Both the position numbers and the translations under genes were made by a program. DNA of 64,000 bases from Octopus sinensis (taxonomy: Eukaryota), in assembly GCF_006345805.1 (NCBI RefSeq), contig NC_043012.1, positions 35,278,001 to 35,342,000 of the forward strand, in the 5' to 3' direction. Below the pieces are notes generated by a model, which was not told the origin of the DNA, searched no databases, and was given only the letters and a program-made list of their open reading frames with translations. The first letter of the stretch is position 1. Every line of letters starts with the position of its first letter. Below, piece after piece: positions 1 through 14,084 of the stretch.

Positions 1-134
1 GTAAAGAGCCGGAAAGAATACTGCTAAGCATTTTGTCCGGCATGCTAACTTCTGCCTACTCAGAGCCTTTTTTGAGAATTAAAAACAAAAAGAAAAGACA
101 CACACCGACTGCATATTGTAGTTGTTGTTGATTT

Positions 135-196
<62 letters not shown>

Positions 197-1321
197 TCGT
201 CTGGTACCTATTTACAGCTGAATAAACTGGCACAACATCAAAATGAAGTTCCTCGTGTGCCTTGCCCAAGGACTTAATTCATTGCCTGAGTGAGCCAGGA
301 ATCGAACACCCGTTCTTTTTTTTATGAGCTGAACACCTTAAACGCTAGGCCACGTCACTTAATGCTGAGATTAGAAATAATTAATATCCCTCTGGAATCT
401 ACTTAACCTAGGTATCGAACTCCCAACTGCTCTACTGCTTGGTATAACATTAAATGACCCAAGGAATTGAACCTTAAACTCTAGTTGCGTATTTAGTTTG
501 ATGTTACAGTGTGTATGTGTATGCATGCAAAGATATCTGTGTGTGTGTGTATGTGTCAGTGTGTGTGTAAGTATGAGTTCGTATGTGTAAGCATGCATTT
601 GTATGTGTATGTATGTTAGTGTAAGTATATGTGTTTGCGTAAGTGTATGCATGTGTGTGTTCACATGTGTATGTGTGTGTCCTTGAGTATGTATAAGTCT
701 GTGTGCATGTGTGTAAGTGGGCGCTTTCGTGCGTGTGTATGTGCTTGTGTACGTGTGTCTATGTGCATATGTGTGCGTGTGTGTGTGTGCGCATGTATAT
801 GTATGTGCGTGTGCATTTGTGTATGTGTGTAAGTGGTGGAGATGGCGGTAGCGATAGTTGCAGTGCGGGATTGAACTGTTACAAGCAGAATTTAAATTTG
901 ATTTCGCTTTTAATTGTCTCTGTTAATTGGATAAAGTTCAGACGACGACGACGATGATGATGCTTGTGACGATGATGATTATAATGAGGATGATGATATT
1001 GATGGCAATGAAAATGGTGGCGAAAACTACGATGGTAGTGTTAAGAAAAATACTTGATGTAAATCATTTGCTTGCAACTGCAACCTCTATTTAAGATTTT
1101 CATATTGTTAACCCTTAACATCCCGTGAAAAATCTTCTCAGTCAAAATCCCTATTCCTGTGATGAATTCCCTACTGAAGAGAAATGAATGACAAAAGAAG
1201 GAATTAAAGTTTTCTGTTTTAGATTAGAGAGACCCTCACTTCCCTTTTGAAATGAATGTAAACAATGTTAGCACGATTGTTGCGATATCCTGCATTTCGG
1301 GACGAGCTGACTTATATATAT

Positions 1322-1503
1322 ATTTCTTTACTACCCACAAGGGGCTAAACACAGAGGGGACAAACAAGGACAGACAAAGGGATTAAGTCGATTACATCGA
1401 CCCCAGTGCGTAACTGGTACTTAATTTATCGACCCCGAAAGGATGAAAGGCAAAGTCGACCTCGGCGGAATTTGAACTCGGAACGTAACGACAGACGAAA
1501 TAC
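1322..1503 (-). mobile_element. tRNA-derived SINE, family A (partial copy)
   Basis: Contains the core actggtacttaatttatcgaccccgaaaggatgaaaggcaaagtcgacctcggcggaatttgaactc. This core recurs at about 33928-34140, 46330-46870, 53700-55700 and 58570-58860, and inverted at 52855-53025. The minus strand reads as a B-box-like GAGTTCAAATTCC. Confidence 0.8.
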
Positions 1504-2699
1504 TATCTGAGTTATATAGTCCCGTGCGGTACTGTGTCTTAAGGCAGTTAAGCATCCATTAGATTGTCTTACCGAGTCAGTGTTGTGTTGTTATGTTAGG
1601 TGATTATGATAATGTGGTTATGTTAATATGATAGTAGTACTGGGTCTATATGTCAATATATCAAGGATATTGTGCCATTGTGCTTGTTATTGTGTCAATA
1701 TGTTAATGCTAGTGAATCGTGTTATTAAGTTAGTAATATTGTGACAATACGTTAATAATAGCCTGCCAATGTATTTGTGATTTTATGTCAACGTGGTGTC
1801 AATACTGTGATTATATATCAGTGTTATTGTGTCAATATACTCAGTGATATTGTATCGGTATGTTATTGATCTTGTGACAATGTATTAGTGCTTATTGTGT
1901 TAATGTGATATCAATATTGTGTTTATAAATCGGCGTCACTGTGTCGATATGTTAGTAATATTAAGTCAATGTGTTTGTGATATTATACAGCTGACTAGGA
2001 AGGCTTGTTTACTGTGAAAGTGAAATCATTTACCAACTTTAATTAATGGAATAAAAACAACTCGCTCTTCACCAAGATCACGATTGAAATTTTAAAAAAA
2101 ATACGAAACCGTCAACTTTAATTTATCCATCTTTTAACATTCCTGGCATTCATTCTGAGATGGAATTAATGAAGCTCAAGTGTTTCTGAAGATCTTTTTT
2201 TATGGTCAGAAAATTAAACCCAACAAATCGTTTGTTTGTTTGTTTGTTTATTTCAGCTCTTGTTTTTGTAATTTTTTGCTGCTTTTTTTTTTTAACCCGT
2301 GGCCAACCTGGCGCCATTTATTGTAACTTCACACCGACCCATTCTTGGATACCTTTAACGAAAGCTTCACTCGGTTTGCATATTTATTGTTATTTATATG
2401 TAACACAATAACTGGACAATGTAGCGTTATTTTTCTGGTGGTGGTGAGATAATGGCCAGTTTGATTATGGACAGGTGGGGAGAGATTGACCATCATTTTG
2501 TGTTTAGTTTGACTCCGAGTATGATATGCCAGACTGACCAGCATGTGAGAGTCAACTCGATCCTGGGGAGGTCAAACCAGCTTGACCACAAGATGTTGGT
2601 CATTGTGGCTATGAAATAATCACGTCATTCACATGATGGTCAGAGTGTATCTGGGGGTGATTATACACACACACACACACAAAGAAAGAGAGAGGGGAC

Positions 2700-2734
2700 A
2701 GATAGATAGATACATACATACATACATAGATAGG

Positions 2735-2769
<35 letters not shown>

Positions 2770-2888
2770 GTAGATAGGTAGATAGATAGATAGGTAGATA
2801 GGTAGATTGATAGATAGGTAGATAGGTAGATAGATAGATAGGTAGATAGGTAGATAGAGAGATAGGTAGATAGGTAAATAGATAGATA
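2700..2888. repeat. (GATA/GGTA)n microsatellite flanking the 3' end of a LINE
   Basis: Directly visible tetranucleotide tract. Confidence 0.95.
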
Positions 2889-4530
2889 AGTTTCTTTATT
2901 GGCCACACAGGGCTGCACACAGGTGGGACAAGTTGCAAGGTAGAGCTTTTCTTTTGGGGGATGAAGAGAACAAAAAAACAAAAGAAAAAAAAGGGGTGGC
3001 GTAGGTTTTCGATCAAGAGGGATCGTAAAAGGGAAGAAAAGAACAAAAACAAAAAAAATTGAATAAAATAAAAAGAATAAAAAGAAAAAAAAAGGAAAGG
3101 AAAAGGAACAAAAGGAAAGAGAAATGAAAAAAAAGAAGAGAAAAAGGGGGGAAAAAAAAGGGGAAGAGGAAAAAAAAGAACGATCAATAGGGATCGGTAT
3201 CACAGTGTTATGATATATGGTGTAAAGGGGAAAGCAAGTAAGGTTATCCGTGGAAGAAAAGCCTACGAAAAAGACACGGTAACCTTGGTCAATATTTATA
3301 TGTTACCACATTTGTTTGCAAGTGGGTAACCCTCTGTTTTCAATTCTCTGGGTTCATAGGATTATGCTCAAGGTGGCTTCGTCATTCATACGTGCCATCC
3401 TTGCTACATTCACCCATCTTTTTTTAAAACATTCGCTAGACAAAACTTGCCTCTCTACTCTCACTTTCCTTTTCAAGTGGTACTTGAAGAAGTTGATGAG
3501 AGATTGACCAGAGAGGAAAGTGTTTGTCTCCAATCCTTTCAGACGCGTCTACCAGATACATTCTTTCGCCATAGCCACAAGGATGATGAAAATAGCTCTT
3601 CCTTCCCGTTTGAAGGAATGAGGCGTGACAATATTGACGATAGACTCAGCTGATAAACCGACTCGTCCCACACGTGACAGCAGTTGTTCGACACAAGCCC
3701 ACAGGTCGGAAATTGTTGGACACTGCACGAGTGCGTGCAGAACGGTTTCGTCGCTCTGACCCATCTCGGGCAGGTCGGCCCCGTGTTTCTCGAGCCGTGT
3801 TGTAGAGCTTATCCCGAACGGGTAGCGCTTCTCGGTAGCACTGCCAGGCCAGGGATCTCTGGAAGGTTGTCCATGGGCCCTGGCCCGAAAGTCGTCCTGA
3901 ACAGGCGGGTCAGGTACTCTCGTCGACGTCCAGGTTCGCCCCGAGCTCGTCGTCGTACCTCCCCTCCACTAATCCCCTATAGAATGCTTTGGTTGTGTTG
4001 AAGTCACTCAAGGTCGACCCAGGACGGCAGATTGCTTGAGAGCAACGCGACACTCGCGGTGCCAATCGCCCTTCCTCGGCCTCTTTTTGATCACGACTGC
4101 AATTCGGTCATGGAGACGAGCTGCGGGAAAGCGTGCCTCACAAACGGCGACCACACCTGTTCACCGTCGTCTACATAGAGCCTGAGATGTCGCAGTCTCA
4201 GCGCGTGTCTGCGCATCATCAACCACAGCATGCCCAGCCCTCCTTTTAACGGGTGTTGACAGCAAATGGATCGCCTGACCATCGGGACGCATCCATTCCA
4301 CAAGAAGCGAAAGAGAATGCGTTGTAGTTTGGTGATGGTAGGGTCGGGACAAGGTACGACGGTCAGGCGGTAGTAGATGACGGACGCGATGTACGTGTTC
4401 GCCACCTCCGCCCGACCTTTTAGGGACAGTTTCCTCTCGGCCCATTGCCGGGCGAGAGAGACCACCCTACTCGTTATCTCGTTCCAGTTCTTCTCCACTT
4501 GGAGGTCCGGACCAAACCAGACCCCGAGCA
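2889..4530 (-). mobile_element. 5'-truncated L1/Tx1-clade LINE (end of ORF2 plus 3' UTR), decayed
   Basis: ORF 4091-4531(-) has LGVWFG...W..RKLSLKGRA.V.N..I.S..YY...FLW...GGLG, typical of the post-RT region of L1/Tx1 ORF2. ORF 3549-3764(-) has the Cys/His motif ETVLHALVQCP. AATAAA lies at 2895-2900(-). An in-frame stop occurs at about 4091. Confidence 0.85.
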
Positions 4531-4601
4531 AGATAGATAGATAGATAGATAGATAGATATGTAGATAGATAGATAGGTAGATAGGTAGATAGATAGACAG
4601 G

Positions 4602-4672
<71 letters not shown>

Positions 4673-4680
4673 GTAGATAA
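4531..4680. repeat. (GATA)n microsatellite flanking the 5' truncation point of the LINE
   Basis: Directly visible tetranucleotide tract. Confidence 0.95.
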
Positions 4681-4909
4681 AAGCTTAGCCACAGTCACAA
4701 GCGAAAATGATTTGGCAGTTAAAGTTATCAATATAATCGCGGGTAGACATAGGCATCCGGAAAGGCCCTCTTACCATTGGTCCAGCGGAGCAACAAGGAT
4801 ATAACAGCCGGGGAGAAAGAGAGTGAGGGGGGTGAGCTGCACTGGTACTAGTCTGGTATTTCTTTTTGGCTGAGTAGAAGAGAGCAACGCGAAATAAAGT
4901 GAAGGACAA

Positions 4910-4990
4910 GAGACCTGACCCAGCCCAGGAATCGATCCCACGACTTTTATGACCGAGAGCCCACCTCCTTAACCACGAGGCCACGCACAT
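4910..4990 (-). mobile_element. tRNA-like SINE head
   Basis: Minus strand GTGCGTGGCCTCGTGGTTAAGG...GGGATCGATTCCTGGG shows A-box and B-box-like motifs at tRNA spacing, with no intact cloverleaf. Confidence 0.6.
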
Positions 4991-5696
4991 TCAAATTACA
5001 ATAAAATACCAGTTACATAAATGGATCGATTGAATAGATTGTTTTTCCACCTGTCTACATTGCATCAAAACAATATAATTAACAAAGATTTTAATTAACA
5101 AAATCATTCACACTTCTGTCAGTGTTAATGACATTAATCGCGCGAGAGTCGTTTGCAGTAAGAACACTCAGAAAATAAATTCACTCAACTGCTCCGAAGA
5201 CCAAGTTGGCAGCTTCCGTTGCCTAGGCGACCTAATTATCAGTGGAAGAGGAGCTCCGAAAGCATAATGGCCAGAGCAAAAATAGAATGGAAAAAAAAAG
5301 TCTGAAAGCTATCACCTCTGCTGGTTATAAAGGGTTTCTCACGGAATGGGAAGAAGAGATTGTAAGAAGCTTGTGCACGAATGTGGTTTCGTACTAAAGT
5401 GAAATACAGGCATTGAATGCGGAGGCTGAGTAAAGGCGAAATAAAACGAGCCGAGGGAGGTCTGTTGATGTGGCACTCCGTCGGTTACGACGACGAGAGT
5501 TCCAGTTGATCCGATCAACGGAACAGCCTGCTTGTGAAATTAACGGGCAAGTGGCTGAGCACTCCACAGACACATGTACCCTTAACGTAGATCTCGGGGA
5601 GATTCAGCGTGACACAGAGTGTGACAAGGTTGGCCCTTTGAAATACACACACACACATATATATATCATATATACATACATATATGTACTTACATA

Positions 5697-5769
<73 letters not shown>

Positions 5770-6592
5770 TTATATATATATATATTATATATATATATGG
5801 GTACAGGACGTCACAAAACGTAAACAACATGAAGTACGAAAACAACAGGAATTACGAAATACGAAAATAACATGAAATACGAAGGCAAACTTTGGTATGC
5901 GAACAACGAGAGGAAACAAATAGAAAACAAGACAAGTAACATAAAGAACGACCCTTCATCAGTTGTCGGCTGTTTTATCTACTCCACATTTCGAGCAATT
6001 CACGTATATATACATACATACTTACACACACGCGCACACATACACATATAAAATGCTGTTAGAATTTACAGTCGATTTTAAAACATTCTAGGAGAAAATG
6101 ACTTAGCAGCAATAATCTCAGTTGGCCAAAATAACTCTTGAGAATAGGTATGTTGAATTTTAACGATAATACCGTTTGATCGTTGAAATGGTTTTCCCAG
6201 GATTACGTTCCAAACTTCAGACACATATCTGTTTTTGCAGCCGCAGTAATATTTATGGCTATAATTGGGCAGTAGCTTCTTCGAGAGGCAACGAAGAAAG
6301 AACAAGTAAAGTACCACCGTATTTATAGAGAATAAACTATATCGATGAGCTATCATCAACGAACGGCAGAATCTTGCGAACTGTGTTTCTGGCTAACTTA
6401 AAACAGAAAACGATTAACCTACCGTTACAATTGAAATTAAAAATTAAAAATTAACTTTTGTGATAATTAAATTGTAAAAAAAGAAGGCGAGCACAATTTG
6501 GTTGTATGTCATGGGATTCATTATTTATTCTGTGTGCAGAAGTGCTTTGAGATGGACAGTAGTGTTGGAAGAATTTAGCGAAATTAATGGTT

Positions 6593-6630
<38 letters not shown>

Positions 6631-6640
6631 CATACACCAC

Positions 6641-6740
6641 NNNNNNNNNNNNNNNNNNNNNNNNNNNNNNNNNNNNNNNNNNNNNNNNNNNNNNNNNNNN
6701 NNNNNNNNNNNNNNNNNNNNNNNNNNNNNNNNNNNNNNNN
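6641..6740. other. assembly gap (100 N)
   Basis: Run of 100 N. Confidence 1.
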
Positions 6741-6862
6741 CTCTCTCTCTCTCTCTCTAACCCTAATCCTAATCCTTCTGTCTTCGAGATTCACTCACAG
6801 AGCTTTGATTGATCAGAAGCCATGCTATAAGAAGGTACTCATTGAATTTACATATTCCCACA

Positions 6863-6948
6863 GGCATATAGCGTAGTGGTTAAGAGCACAGGCTACTAAC
6901 CCCAAGATTTCGAGTTCGATTCCAGGCAGTGACCTGAATAATAATAAC

Positions 6949-6980
<32 letters not shown>

Positions 6981-7008
6981 TAATAATAATAACAATAATA
7001 ATAATAAC

Positions 7009-7069
<61 letters not shown>

Positions 7070-7262
7070 TCATCGGAAAATATCTTAGGAATGAGAACCC
7101 AGGTTCGAAATTTCCCCAAGACACCTGATGAAGGCTGGAGGGTATATCAGCTGAAACGTTGTGTTAACAACAAAGAAGATGAGGAGAAATATCCGTCAAA
7201 TGTAAATAATGTAAATAATGTAAATAGTGTACATAATTCCTCATCTCTTAAATATGGAATTG
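6863..7262 (+). mobile_element. composite SINE: tRNA-like head, (AAT)n linker, hammerhead-containing tail (copy 1)
   Basis: Head 6863-6934 is GGCATATAGCGTAGTGGTTAAGAGC...GAGTTCGATTCCAGG (A and B boxes). (AAT)n runs 6937-7068. The tail carries an HHR at 7121-7164. A homologous copy lies at 14871-15182(-). Confidence 0.8.
7121..7164 (+). ncRNA. minimal type I hammerhead ribozyme motif
   Basis: ACAC CUGAUGA a GGCUG gagggUAUAU CAGCU GAAA CG UU GUGU. Helix I is ACAC/GUGU, core CUGAUGA and GAAA, helix II GGCUG/CAGCU, and helix III is the palindromic ACGU with a GUU triplet. Confidence 0.7.
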
Positions 7263-8093
7263 AACACTCATTGAAGTTGCCACTCAGTGAGATTGAACCT
7301 GGAAGAACGTAACTGGGAAGCAGGCTTATTTAACCACAAAGCTAAGTGCATCGTGTTTAAAAAAAATATCACTGCGTAAAATGATTGTAATATGTTAAAA
7401 GCAGCACTGAGTAATTTTCCGATGTGTTTGAAATCTTGTGTAAAGGAAACGATCGTAAGCGTGTCTCTAGGCTCAACAATTGAAGACAATTTATGGTAAA
7501 CAAAGTAATTATTTAAATTCGTTTCCATGTTTCTTTCTTCTTACATACTGATAAACACGCATACACACATACAAACATACATACACACATACAGACACAC
7601 ACACATACATACATGCATACAAACATACATACACACATACATACAGACACACACACATATATGTATGTCTGTATGCATGTATCTATGTATGTCTGTCTGT
7701 GTGTATATATATCATCATCATCATCATCATCATCATCATGATATATATACACACAGACAGACATACATACATAATGCATACACATACACATACCACACAT
7801 ACATACATACATGCATACAAACATACATACACCATACATACGACACAAAACATATAGGTATGTCTGTATGCATGTATCTAGGTATGTCTGTCTGTGTGTA
7901 TATATATCATCATCATCATCATCATCATCATGTATATATACACACAGACAGACATACATAGATACATGCATACACACCATACAACAACACATACATACAT
8001 ACATGCATACAAACATACATACACACATACATACAGACACACACACATATATGTATGTCTGTATGCATGTATCTATGTATGTCTGTCTGTGTG

Positions 8094-8131
<38 letters not shown>

Positions 8132-9691
8132 GTATATATATTATGTATGTATGTATGTATGTATATGTGCCTGTGTCTGTGTATATATATATATATGTGT
8201 GTGTGAGTGTGTGTGTGTGTATGTGTATTTTAGCACAAAAATTTTGCATGGGAAAAGAGAAGAGAGAGAAGAGAGAGAGGATGTAATCCAAAATGTAGAG
8301 CATCATTTATTGCAAACTGAACTATTCACCTATCATGTAGACCGAAAAGCGCAATGAGACAGAATGGTCAAATTTATATTCGTATTGGAAATGGCCCCTA
8401 CTTCCATAGCCCGATGCCTCTACAAGTCATTTGACTAGGTTTCTATTGCAGGATGCTCTTCCTTTTGCCAACCCCTTTACAGTGAGACAGGGTTAGAGAA
8501 GAGGTGGTAGAGGGGTCTGTCCTTGCCTATCCTGCATTACACACATTATAAGGATACGTAGGATTTGCTTCCACACAGTTTCCAATCTACCAAAGCCACT
8601 TGGAAGGCTTTGAGTCAGTCTGGGGCTATAGTAGAAGACATTTGCTGAAGGTGCCATGCTGTAGGATTGAACCCAAGACCATGTGGTTTAGAAGCAAGCT
8701 TCTTACGTCTGCATTTAGTCACGTCTGCATTTAGATTAACTTCATAAATTAATCACCATGTTTAAACAGAGACGTTGGTTAATGTCAGACTGAAAACTAA
8801 TCTCTGGCCAATAAGTCTACAACTGGACGTGATTTCTCTAATTATGTTTTTGTCATTTTGTCATTGAAATGGTTTTTTCCGATTCCACAGAACCATTTTT
8901 ATAACATTCATCAATTTAGCTTGACATATTGGGCTTAAATTGATATGAATTTATTGAAAATAATATAGATTTAAGAATATACACATGTCTGTTGGTGTAT
9001 GTGTGTGTGTATTTGTAGGAAGATATATATATGTACATGTATGTTTTGTGTGTGTGTATGCATAGGTGTGTGTATATAGTGCAAGAATATAATAGAGATA
9101 TGAATATATATATGCGTATATGTGTGTGTGGGTGGATGTGAGTTTGTGTGTGTGTGTATTTGTGCAAACATGCTATCTTAAAAACACACTATCTTCAGCA
9201 ATGGTATTGGATAATAGATACATAATATTTGTAACCTAAGCTATTGTTTTCTGTCCACTTTCACTGCTGGTCCAGTCAGACAGGTCATCCTGATCCAAGT
9301 AATTTCATACTGGAAACCACAACTACTGCCATAGACTGGTGCCAATACAAGTCAGTCCATTTGGTTTCTACTGTACAATGCCCTTCCTATTGCCAACCAC
9401 TTTACAGCAAAACAGGGAAGAAGGGGCCATGCAATTCAGTACATTCTTGATTCAGAGGAGAAAGTGATGGCAGCTGGAAAACTAAAGTGGGCGAGTGAAA
9501 GGGGCTGGAGTATATGGGAGGGACAGAATTATAGTGGGAAGGAGATGAGAAAGGACAATGGTCAGTGGCAGAAGTTGACAAAGGCATCAGCCATTGGTAG
9601 AAGAAATTATTGGGAGCCAAGGGGAGAGAGTGAGGGATGGCTGGCAGCAAAGGATAGTTGATGTGGGGGGAGGGGGTAAGAGAGGTGGGTC

Positions 9692-9836
9692 AGAGGTGAG
9701 AGTGAGTGATGGCTGGCAGTAGAGGATGGGGGAAATAGAGGTGAGAGTGAGTGATGGCTGGCAGTAGAGGATGGGGGAAATAGAGGTGAGAGTGAGTGAT
9801 GGCTGGCAGTAGAGGATGGAGGAAATAGAGGTGGGT
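9692..9836 (+). repeat. 45-bp tandem repeat, about 3 copies
   Basis: Unit agaggtgagagtgagtgatggctggcagtagaggatgggggaaat starts at 9692, 9737 and 9782. Confidence 0.9.
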
Positions 9837-10837
9837 CAGAGGCAAGAGTGAGTAATGTCTGGCAGTACAGGCTGAAGTCTGAGTTTATAGAATAGCTAAA
9901 ATTAACATCTCCTTTATAGCAACATAACAAGTAAGGAACAGTAGCTTATTGCCACTATAACTGTGTGTAATATATACACGTGTGTATATACATGCGTAGA
10001 CAGGCTCATACACATATGTAGGTATATATAAACAGCTACATATACTCACTCAGAAACACACACACACACCTATATTTATTGTTTCACACATACAAACACA
10101 CACAGAGTATCTTGTACACACGTATACACAATGACAGACACATAGATACATACAATGCTACAAACACATACATACACACACGCATACACATACACACACA
10201 TAAACATGCGCACACACACACACACACAAATATACACAGATTTACAAACACACGCACATACACACACAGACCTACACAGTTACATGCAAATAAACTCATA
10301 CACGATCACACAATCACATACATACATAGATTGCATAGGTGCACATACACGCACACACACACACATACACACATATTCACCTACACACACACTCATACAT
10401 ACACACTCGTATACAGATACATATAAACAGTCTCTCTCTCTCTCTCTCTATCTTTCTCACACACATACATGCATATGAACCTGGAACCATATCGTGCGGA
10501 AGCAAGCTTCTTACCACACAGCCACGCCTGTGCCTATTCCACACATATACACAGACATGCTTACATACTCCACACACACACACACACACACATACAGAAT
10601 TACATGTACACACACATAGTCATGGATGCAGATACATACACTGTCAAACACACAGACAAGCACAAACACATACTCATAAATATAAATAGACAAGCAGACA
10701 GACAGACAGATACACATACACACACACTCACACACACACACACGCACAAACACATGCACAGAAAGAGAAAGTGTGAAAGAAAAAGCAACATGTACACATG
10801 CACACATATTCACAGACACATAAAGTCCGATATACTG

Positions 10838-10910
<73 letters not shown>

Positions 10911-12907
10911 TCAGACAGTCACACACACACACACACATGTACACCATCAGACATACAAGCAAACACACACAGACATGCACAGACACACTCACACAGACAC
11001 AGGCGTACACGCATCTATTCACATATACATATACACACATATAAAGAAACACATACACATATACACATACAAACCAGCACATACACACACACACACACGC
11101 ACAAAATAACGTACATATACACATATTCATAGAGACACAAATAATCTGTCACACACACACAGATACACATGCAAACTTAAACACAAGGATAGAGATGTGT
11201 ATAAACACAGACACACAGACGTGTGTGCATACGGAGAGTAAGTGATCTCCAACCCATAGCCGACTGCCAAAGCTGTTTGTCATCAGTTAAAACTCATCAA
11301 GAACCGAAGCTGGTTGCTGTTATTCTATTGATTTCTGTGATGAAGATTAAACGAAGAAGGATTAAGCTTGAGGTAAATCTTTACAGTAAACATCGGATTG
11401 ACTTTAATACCATTCACAGAGAATATGGAACATCTTAGCAGATTCCTGCAGAGGATTCTGCTTTGGTTAGAAACATATTGATGGGTGGATTCCATGGAAG
11501 GGTGGTATGGTGGTGAGGTTGGAATAATGGGTAGAAAGACATGTTTTCTATGATACATCCATCCATTTTCTCAGTATTCCTGGGAGGGTAGCGGGGATAG
11601 AGTCTTCAGGCTTCCACAGGGCCCTATCAGAAGCAGCTGCCATTACACTTTCCTGTTGGATTCCAAAGCACAACCAACAGAGGTTATTTATATTATCCAA
11701 CCGTCCTATTCTTCGTCTATTCCTAGGTCTCTTGCTCGTTAGCGTAACTTGAACAATCCATTTGCAATTCTTTCCTATGGCATTCTAATCACAAATTCGT
11801 AGCACCAGGGTTGTGACCCCTTAATGCAAAAGAAGTAATGGCTCAATCTGGAAAGATCCCATTATCACTGAGTAATATCATTCCAGAGATTCTTTGAAGG
11901 AATCCTATTTCAGTTGCTTGTCTTAACAATTGCACTCTTTTGGTCTTTACCCAAAAATTTGTGATGAGGATCAGCACAAAAGCCAAACTGAAGAATGCAA
12001 ATTTAACTTTTTTACCAGCCTCTCCTCCATCTGTGCTTTATGGTACATAAATTCTGTTTTTCACCGTTGCCAAATTATAGAGGTGGTTGGGATTTGAGTT
12101 TTCTGAATAAAGAACTTTGTGCAAGACATTTAACTGAGTCTTGGAGTGAGGCTCCAGGTTCAGAGTGACTCTAGAAGTTTTGGTGAGTGCAGGGTTATCC
12201 CTTGGTCAACTCTTCTCCAAGATTCAGTCTAGTCCTGAGTGCTAATACCTGTTGAAGGCCAAATTTATAAGTCAAACAGCAAAAGAGGGTCCTGTGGTTT
12301 AGGTATGTGAGAACTCGGTTGAAGGCTCTCTTTTTGACATTTGTTCCTCCATCGGTGCCACTAATATGTAGACATGCCCTGATATCATGTAAACTAGGTT
12401 CAGCCCTGTCAAAGAGTTAAACAGATCCCGTGATTCAATGGGAAGCTCCAGAGAGCAGGAGAATTTCAGAATTTCAAAAGGCAACAGGGAACCACAGCTG
12501 TGTTTCTCCCAAGAAGAATCTGTGTTCTTGTCAAGTCTAGATTTATCTGGTAGCTTTCTACATTCTGAGTTAAAATCCCACCTGTCCGCAGAAGGCAATG
12601 GGAAACCACTTCAGTATTCATCTCAAGTCTAGTCGTGGATGGCTGAAGTTCCAGTGATGTATTTAATGGTGGCAGAGGAAGGCAAAGGGCCGCTCCCCAG
12701 ATTGCATAGAGATTGAGTTGGACAAGGCTCATCTGAATAGGACATGTCCACAGATAAGATCACCACTTTGACATAGTGACAGATCCTGTAAAACAGGCCT
12801 GGCACATGAAGTGAGATGGTAGGGAGAACTGTTGTCCACAACATGCTGGTTCTAATCCCATCTCTGTCAACTTCTACTGGTGATGATCACGGATCCTTAT
12901 ATCATGG

Positions 12908-12946
<39 letters not shown>

Positions 12947-13334
12947 AGTGTTTGCTTGTGTGTGTGTGTGTGTGTGCATGTGAGTGTTTGCTTGTGTGTG
13001 TGTGTGAATTTGTGAGTGTGTATTTGTGTGTGTGTTTCTTTGTGTACATGTGTGAATGTGTATGTGTGCATGTGAGTGTGTGTGTGTGTGCATGCATGCG
13101 TGTGTGTGTGAACGTATGTACCTTTGCATCGTGTGGTCTTGGCATCACATCGCTATTGCAAACAAATGTCATTCCTTTGCAATATTTTGCAAAAACATGT
13201 CCAGCCATGGGGGAAAATATTACTTTGCCTGGAAAGAAATAAGGGTTGATGACAGGAAAGGCATCTGGTCATAGACAATCTGTCTAAGTAAATTCCATCC
13301 AACCCTTGAAGGCATCATGGAAACGAAGTGGAAA

Positions 13335-13480
13335 ATGATGATGATGATGAAGACGACAACGACAGCGATGATGATGTCAATGATGACAACGACAATGATG
13401 ATGATGACGTTGATAATGATGATGACGATGACGACGATTATGATGATGATGACGATTATGATGACGATGTCGGTAATGAT
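13335..13480. repeat. (GAT/GAC)n microsatellite tail of a SINE
   Basis: Visible trinucleotide tract following a degenerate family C SINE body at about 13110-13335. Confidence 0.8.
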
Positions 13481-13880
13481 ACATATGGATGTATATTTAT
13501 ATTGGCACCCAAATATTTCATAGAGTTTTATGTATCAGATAATGCTTTAATCACTGTCTAGCACAACTGCATGTATGTTAAATACTTAGACATCACTCAC
13601 TTTCCTCTCCCTCACTCTCTTTCTCTCTCTCCCTCACTTCATATATATGTATGTGTGTGTGTGTGTGTGTGCGTGTGTGTGTGTGTGAGTGTGTGAGTAT
13701 ACATGTATATATGCATATATATACGTATGCATATGTGTATATGTATATAATCAGAAAATGGAGAAAACCTCAGATTAACAAACACAATGATTGGACCACA
13801 TTTCTAGCTTATTTTTTAATATACAAAGCATGACATAACACATATATATATATACAGATACACACACACATACACTGTAT

Positions 13881-13917
<37 letters not shown>

Positions 13918-14012
13918 CATAGATATAGATATGTATACACATGCTCACAGATTTATGTTTATGGAAATATGCCTGGTTTATATTTGTGTATATATATATG
14001 TGTGTGTGTGTG

Positions 14013-14056
<44 letters not shown>

Positions 14057-14084
14057 TATATATAGACACACACACATATATGTA

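Noticed and set aside
1560-1990. Degenerate ~21-bp AT-rich periodicity (tgtcaatatgttagtgatattg-like)
   Set aside because: An old decayed minisatellite; units are too divergent to define and there is no sign of further structure.
5800-6000. CUGAUGA on the minus strand near 5955 with an upstream GCUCGAAA
   Set aside because: Could not fold helices I-III in any hammerhead topology. It may be a truncated piece of a related element.
6863-6934. Possible tRNA gene
   Set aside because: Acceptor and anticodon stems pair poorly, there is no poly-T terminator, and it is part of a dispersed repeat. Treated as a SINE head.
11225-12870. Possible ancient LINE on the minus strand
   Set aside because: Unique-looking sequence with only faint hints of LINE motifs; nothing I can support without a profile search.
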